IMG/VR virus record: IMGVR_UViG_3300007723_000001
Coordinates: 8,278-72,277 of that record
Reading direction: 5' to 3' (one strand)
Source of the DNA: a virus
DNA length: 64,000 nucleotides
Positions 60,438 to 64,000 of this stretch are shown one piece after another (the stretch's first letter is position 1; the number at the start of each line of letters is the position of its first letter). The translations under genes and the position numbers were made by a program. Below the pieces are notes generated by a model, which did no database searches, had not been told where the DNA came from, and saw only the letters and a list, made by a program, of their open reading frames with translations.

Positions 60438-63400
60438 ATGACAGCAGTATATCAATTATTTAATAACTATAACTTTCAGAATCTTAGAAGAATTCAACTA
60501 AAGCTTGGAGAGGATCAACCGGATCAATATTTTAGTAATGATATTAATCTAATACCAGGAGTTACTATAGAAAAATACTCTAAGTTAACTCAGGTTTATT
60601 TTCAAGATTTAACACCATCAGGTCAAACTTCAAATAGTGCAGCTATAAATACTGTTGCAGGTCTTATATGGATAGAATGGATAACTGAAGAAGAAAAGAG
60701 ACATAGCTTTAGTGTAAAGCCTTTTACTAGAGATTCTAGTACTTTAGTAATAACAGCATTAGGTCAAACTAGAGACACAGATGATGAAACAGAAATAAAA
60801 AGTATATTCTCTGCTCTTAGTTCGAGACCGGTCTCAGAGAATTTATTCACCCTCCCTGAGGCGAACATTATAATAGATAAGTTAATAGAGAAAATAAAGT
60901 CTATAAATAATAGTAATAAGAAAGCTATAGTAAACAATAATATCCTCTTCAATAATCAGGTAATAGTTAACAAAGGAGTAGAAGCTAAAATAAGTAGTAT
61001 TGAAAAAGGATCCATTGACCTTCGCGATAATGAACAAATCGTTGTAGGTAAAATAGCTTATTCCGATTCGGGAATAACAGTCCGGTTTATACCCTCAGGT
61101 AATACTAGTGTTGAGGTCAAGGTATATACATCCCCTCCTATTTCAGAATATTTAAGCTTATACAACGCTCTTAGCTCACTAACTTTAGTACCAGGCTCAG
61201 CATTAGAAATAGGAGCTATACCTTTACCTTTAGAAGCTTGTAATGTAAAGATTGAAAAAAGTGAATTTGATAAAGCTTATATAGATTGGGGACAGGAAAT
61301 AAAAGGTTGGATTCCTAAGATTGATAGTTGCGCTAATGAAATAGCTTATATCGCTAGGGAAACAGCAGACTCACCTGTATTTGCTGATAATGTAATGAGT
61401 ATAAGAAATGCTGCAAAAGCATTAAATACGACGGAAGCTTGGAATAGTAAAAGTTCTATAGATAATATACTAGAGAAATATAAAGAGTTAGTAGATCTAA
61501 TATCTTCTAATGATTTATGGAAGAGAGCCAGTGCAGATGGAGGTCATTCATGTGAAACAGCTATTAAGTGTTTTACTGATGTAATGGTTAGAAGGCCGTG
61601 TCTAGAAAAAGAAACACCTGTGGAGAATAATCCTGCACCTCCTACTCCTGGTGAAGAATCCACAGAGGGTACGACTCCTAAATGTATGGAAGTAAGTCCT
61701 GAAAGATGGGGTGTTAGATTTAGGTATAGAGATGCTGGTGGTTCTTGTTCACCTATTAATAGTTCATCAGATAGTGATATTAGATTTGATTTAGATGCAG
61801 CCCAACAAAGATGGCCTGGTCATACATATGATTGGTTCTTAATGTTATTACCTGCCATGAGAAGTGTTATACCTAATTCAGGAGGCATGGATACACCTAA
61901 TGCTATGCCAGGATTACAATTCCAAATAAAGAGCAATATAGCTAAACATAGATTGCCCGGCTTTCAACCTATATATCAGCATCTAGGGGTCGATACTGTA
62001 CTTGTTACATTAGTTGGTACATTTACTGGAGATGGTGGCTTAGGAGCTAAATACGGTAACTTCCAGGAGTACTCTGGATATGGGACGGGAGTTAACAGGG
62101 ATGTAAGTGTTAATGGTGAAAATGAAGTATTACCGGATACTAGAAAGAATGAGAACGGTGTATCATATGGAGCTTTGACGGATAGTGGAGCTTTAGGAAT
62201 AAATACAATTAGTCCTCAATATCAACCATGGGATAAAAGAGAACCAGTAAGTGCGGGGTTTGAAATTGGTAATCCTATGTCTGGGCATCCAATAGTAGAG
62301 TCTACTAATAATAGAGTGGAAACTTTAATGTCTTATAATTCCCAAACAGGGGAAAGAGTTCCAGGATTAGATATTAAAAATAGTAGAGGTGTATCTACTA
62401 TGGAACAAAACTTAATGGGTGCTGGGATGTTTATGAGAGATGGGTGTCCATGGACTTGTGATACTGCTGATAACTACCAAGGTTATAGAGAAGAGAGTAG
62501 AGGTGATTATGCCGCTGGTTATCAAGATGCACTTAATCCTGATGTTACTAATACTCATTCGTTGTTAGAAATAGCTTCTTATTTAGACTCTTATCACGAG
62601 TTCAGTTCATTCTATAAATTTGCTGTGTTAGAAGGTAGAGAACTAGAAGTAGAAATTAATTTAAGAAGAAATAGGGATATGATGCAGCCTATGCCTAATT
62701 CATTCCTACAATATGGTAGAGAAGCTACTGGAGTAGGACTACGCAATGATGCTAATGGCAATCCTTCTTTCAAAGGATTAGTCAAACAAATGGAAGTCTT
62801 TCATGCTAAGAGTGATAGAACTTGGTACACCATTCAGATAGAATTAACTGACTACGGTATGTTAGGTCAAGAGCCTCTTAATTTAACTAATGATTTGACA
62901 GAAGCAGCGGCAGCAGCATTAGCAGATCAACGAAGTGCATTAGAGGTTAATGAAGAGGCAGTATCTGAGTCAGCAAGTGCCAATCTAGAATGTACAAACA
63001 GATTAAGATTAAAAAGTATAAGGTTTGATAGAGGTAATTATAGATATTATATAAGTCTAGACTCTTTAGAGGGATTTAAAATTCCTTTTGTGGCTAAACA
63101 AGAATTAACGGAGAGGGCTGAATATATGTCTAAAAGAGAGACTTATTTTTTTATAAAATCTTCAGTCTCTAATATGAGACGTTTTGAACGGGGGTTAATA
63201 GTCGCCTATATACGGCAATGTCTGAATAACGCTAAGCCCTTAGGCAGTAGGCCGGATAATTTAGACGAAGGATCTTATACTAAACTAACAGATATACTAC
63301 TAGGGGGTGCTGAATGGGGTTATCATAACAGTGGTTGGGTAGTAAAATCTTCGAATAATAACAGAGAGTACAAAAACCCTTCTTCCTTAAATCTTATTCT

Positions 63401-63998
63401 CAATCAGTCTACCGGTACAGATTTTCTAAACGCTTTACTCCTATACTTAACAAAAGTAGATATTAACACTACTAGTTTATGTGAAATGGGTGGTGAATCT
63501 ATTGATAATACTACTGATACTTCTAATACTTCTAATACTTCTAATAATCAAGAAGCAGCCCCTTCATCCTCTATAACTTCTCCTGCCAGTCCACCTGCAA
63601 GTAGAACCTCTCCCTCTAATTCTTCTAATACTACTTCTAATACTACTTCTAATACTACTTCTAATTCTTCTAATGCTACTTCTAATTCTTCTAATACTAC
63701 TTCTAATAGTAGCAATACAAACAATAGTGGTGCAAGCACTTCATCAAGTGACGATTTAACTTTGATCTCAGATATTATTAGAAATACTAGAACTACTAGA
63801 AGACTAGCTTTAAGTGGATTTGACTTATTTACCAACGTATTTCAAGGTATTAATCTAAATAGTCCTGCACCTGAACTACCAGTTAATAATGACAGGTATG
63901 TTTCTTTAATAGTCAATGGACCAAACTCTATAGGTTACGATAGACAAAGCGGATGGTTAATTCAAGGGACGGGCAGTAATGCCACAGCTAAATCCTAA
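60438..63998 (+). CDS. Large virion protein with a gpU/tube-initiator-like domain
   Basis: KSNIAKHRLPGFQPIYQHLGVDTVLVTLVGTFTG and FKGLVKQMEV...WYTIQI resemble gpU-like baseplate/tube initiators. Confidence 0.5.
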   Translation: MTAVYQLFNNYNFQNLRRIQLKLGEDQPDQYFSNDINLIPGVTIEKYSKLTQVYFQDLTPSGQTSNSAAINTVAGLIWIEWITEEEKRHSFSVKPFTRDSSTLVITALGQTRDTDDETEIKSIFSALSSRPVSENLFTLPEANIIIDKLIEKIKSINNSNKKAIVNNNILFNNQVIVNKGVEAKISSIEKGSIDLRDNEQIVVGKIAYSDSGITVRFIPSGNTSVEVKVYTSPPISEYLSLYNALSSLTLVPGSALEIGAIPLPLEACNVKIEKSEFDKAYIDWGQEIKGWIPKIDSCANEIAYIARETADSPVFADNVMSIRNAAKALNTTEAWNSKSSIDNILEKYKELVDLISSNDLWKRASADGGHSCETAIKCFTDVMVRRPCLEKETPVENNPAPPTPGEESTEGTTPKCMEVSPERWGVRFRYRDAGGSCSPINSSSDSDIRFDLDAAQQRWPGHTYDWFLMLLPAMRSVIPNSGGMDTPNAMPGLQFQIKSNIAKHRLPGFQPIYQHLGVDTVLVTLVGTFTGDGGLGAKYGNFQEYSGYGTGVNRDVSVNGENEVLPDTRKNENGVSYGALTDSGALGINTISPQYQPWDKREPVSAGFEIGNPMSGHPIVESTNNRVETLMSYNSQTGERVPGLDIKNSRGVSTMEQNLMGAGMFMRDGCPWTCDTADNYQGYREESRGDYAAGYQDALNPDVTNTHSLLEIASYLDSYHEFSSFYKFAVLEGRELEVEINLRRNRDMMQPMPNSFLQYGREATGVGLRNDANGNPSFKGLVKQMEVFHAKSDRTWYTIQIELTDYGMLGQEPLNLTNDLTEAAAAALADQRSALEVNEEAVSESASANLECTNRLRLKSIRFDRGNYRYYISLDSLEGFKIPFVAKQELTERAEYMSKRETYFFIKSSVSNMRRFERGLIVAYIRQCLNNAKPLGSRPDNLDEGSYTKLTDILLGGAEWGYHNSGWVVKSSNNNREYKNPSSLNLILNQSTGTDFLNALLLYLTKVDINTTSLCEMGGESIDNTTDTSNTSNTSNNQEAAPSSSITSPASPPASRTSPSNSSNTTSNTTSNTTSNSSNATSNSSNTTSNSSNTNNSGASTSSSDDLTLISDIIRNTRTTRRLALSGFDLFTNVFQGINLNSPAPELPVNNDRYVSLIVNGPNSIGYDRQSGWLIQGTGSNATAKS
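63505..63725 (+). repeat. Low-complexity 9/12-bp tandem repeats encoding a Ser/Thr/Asn linker
   Basis: (ACTTCTAAT)n and (AATACTACTTCT)n giving TSNTSN / SNTTSNTT. Confidence 0.85.
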
Positions 63999-64000
63999 TG

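Noticed and set aside
63505-63725. CRISPR array or origin iterons
   Set aside because: Short in-frame tandem repeats with no unique spacers; they encode a Ser/Thr/Asn linker.
4365-63835. Short antisense or nested ORFs in the track (e.g. 4365, 6392, 13046, 15626, 18151, 24196, 32161, 34975, 45942, 47594, 57854, 63548)
   Set aside because: They lie opposite longer, well-supported genes and have no recognisable motifs; treated as shadow ORFs.

Overview
This AT-rich window is the virion morphogenesis region of a large contractile-tailed (myovirus-type) phage. A cyanobacterial host is inferred from the amidase signature. Head genes are a Mu-like portal, a Mu-like protease/scaffold and a gpE-type major capsid protein. 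Tail genes include the sheath, four tandem tube-like paralogs, hub, spike, gpW/gpJ/gpI-like and gp8-like baseplate proteins, two DUF4815-type proteins and three fibre proteins. The genes lie in alternating-strand blocks. Three features are missing from the ORF track: (1) a >641-aa minus-strand ORF (1923 to <1) with an intact phospholipase D HKD motif; (2) an A_AAA_AAG -1 frameshift fusing 2104..2535 to the frame of 2727..3113, as in tail assembly chaperones; (3) a paralog with an internal stop at 54512..54856. Other highlights: a spike fused to M15 and serine beta-lactamase-fold domains within a cluster of peptidoglycan hydrolases; a flavin monooxygenase-like gene inside the baseplate operon next to a Cys-rich repeat wedge protein; an N-terminal domain shared by three proteins; and a catalytically dead LAGLIDADG protein. 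No tRNA, rRNA, CRISPR array, terminase or reverse transcriptase was seen. All calls come from motif recognition by eye; no searches were run.
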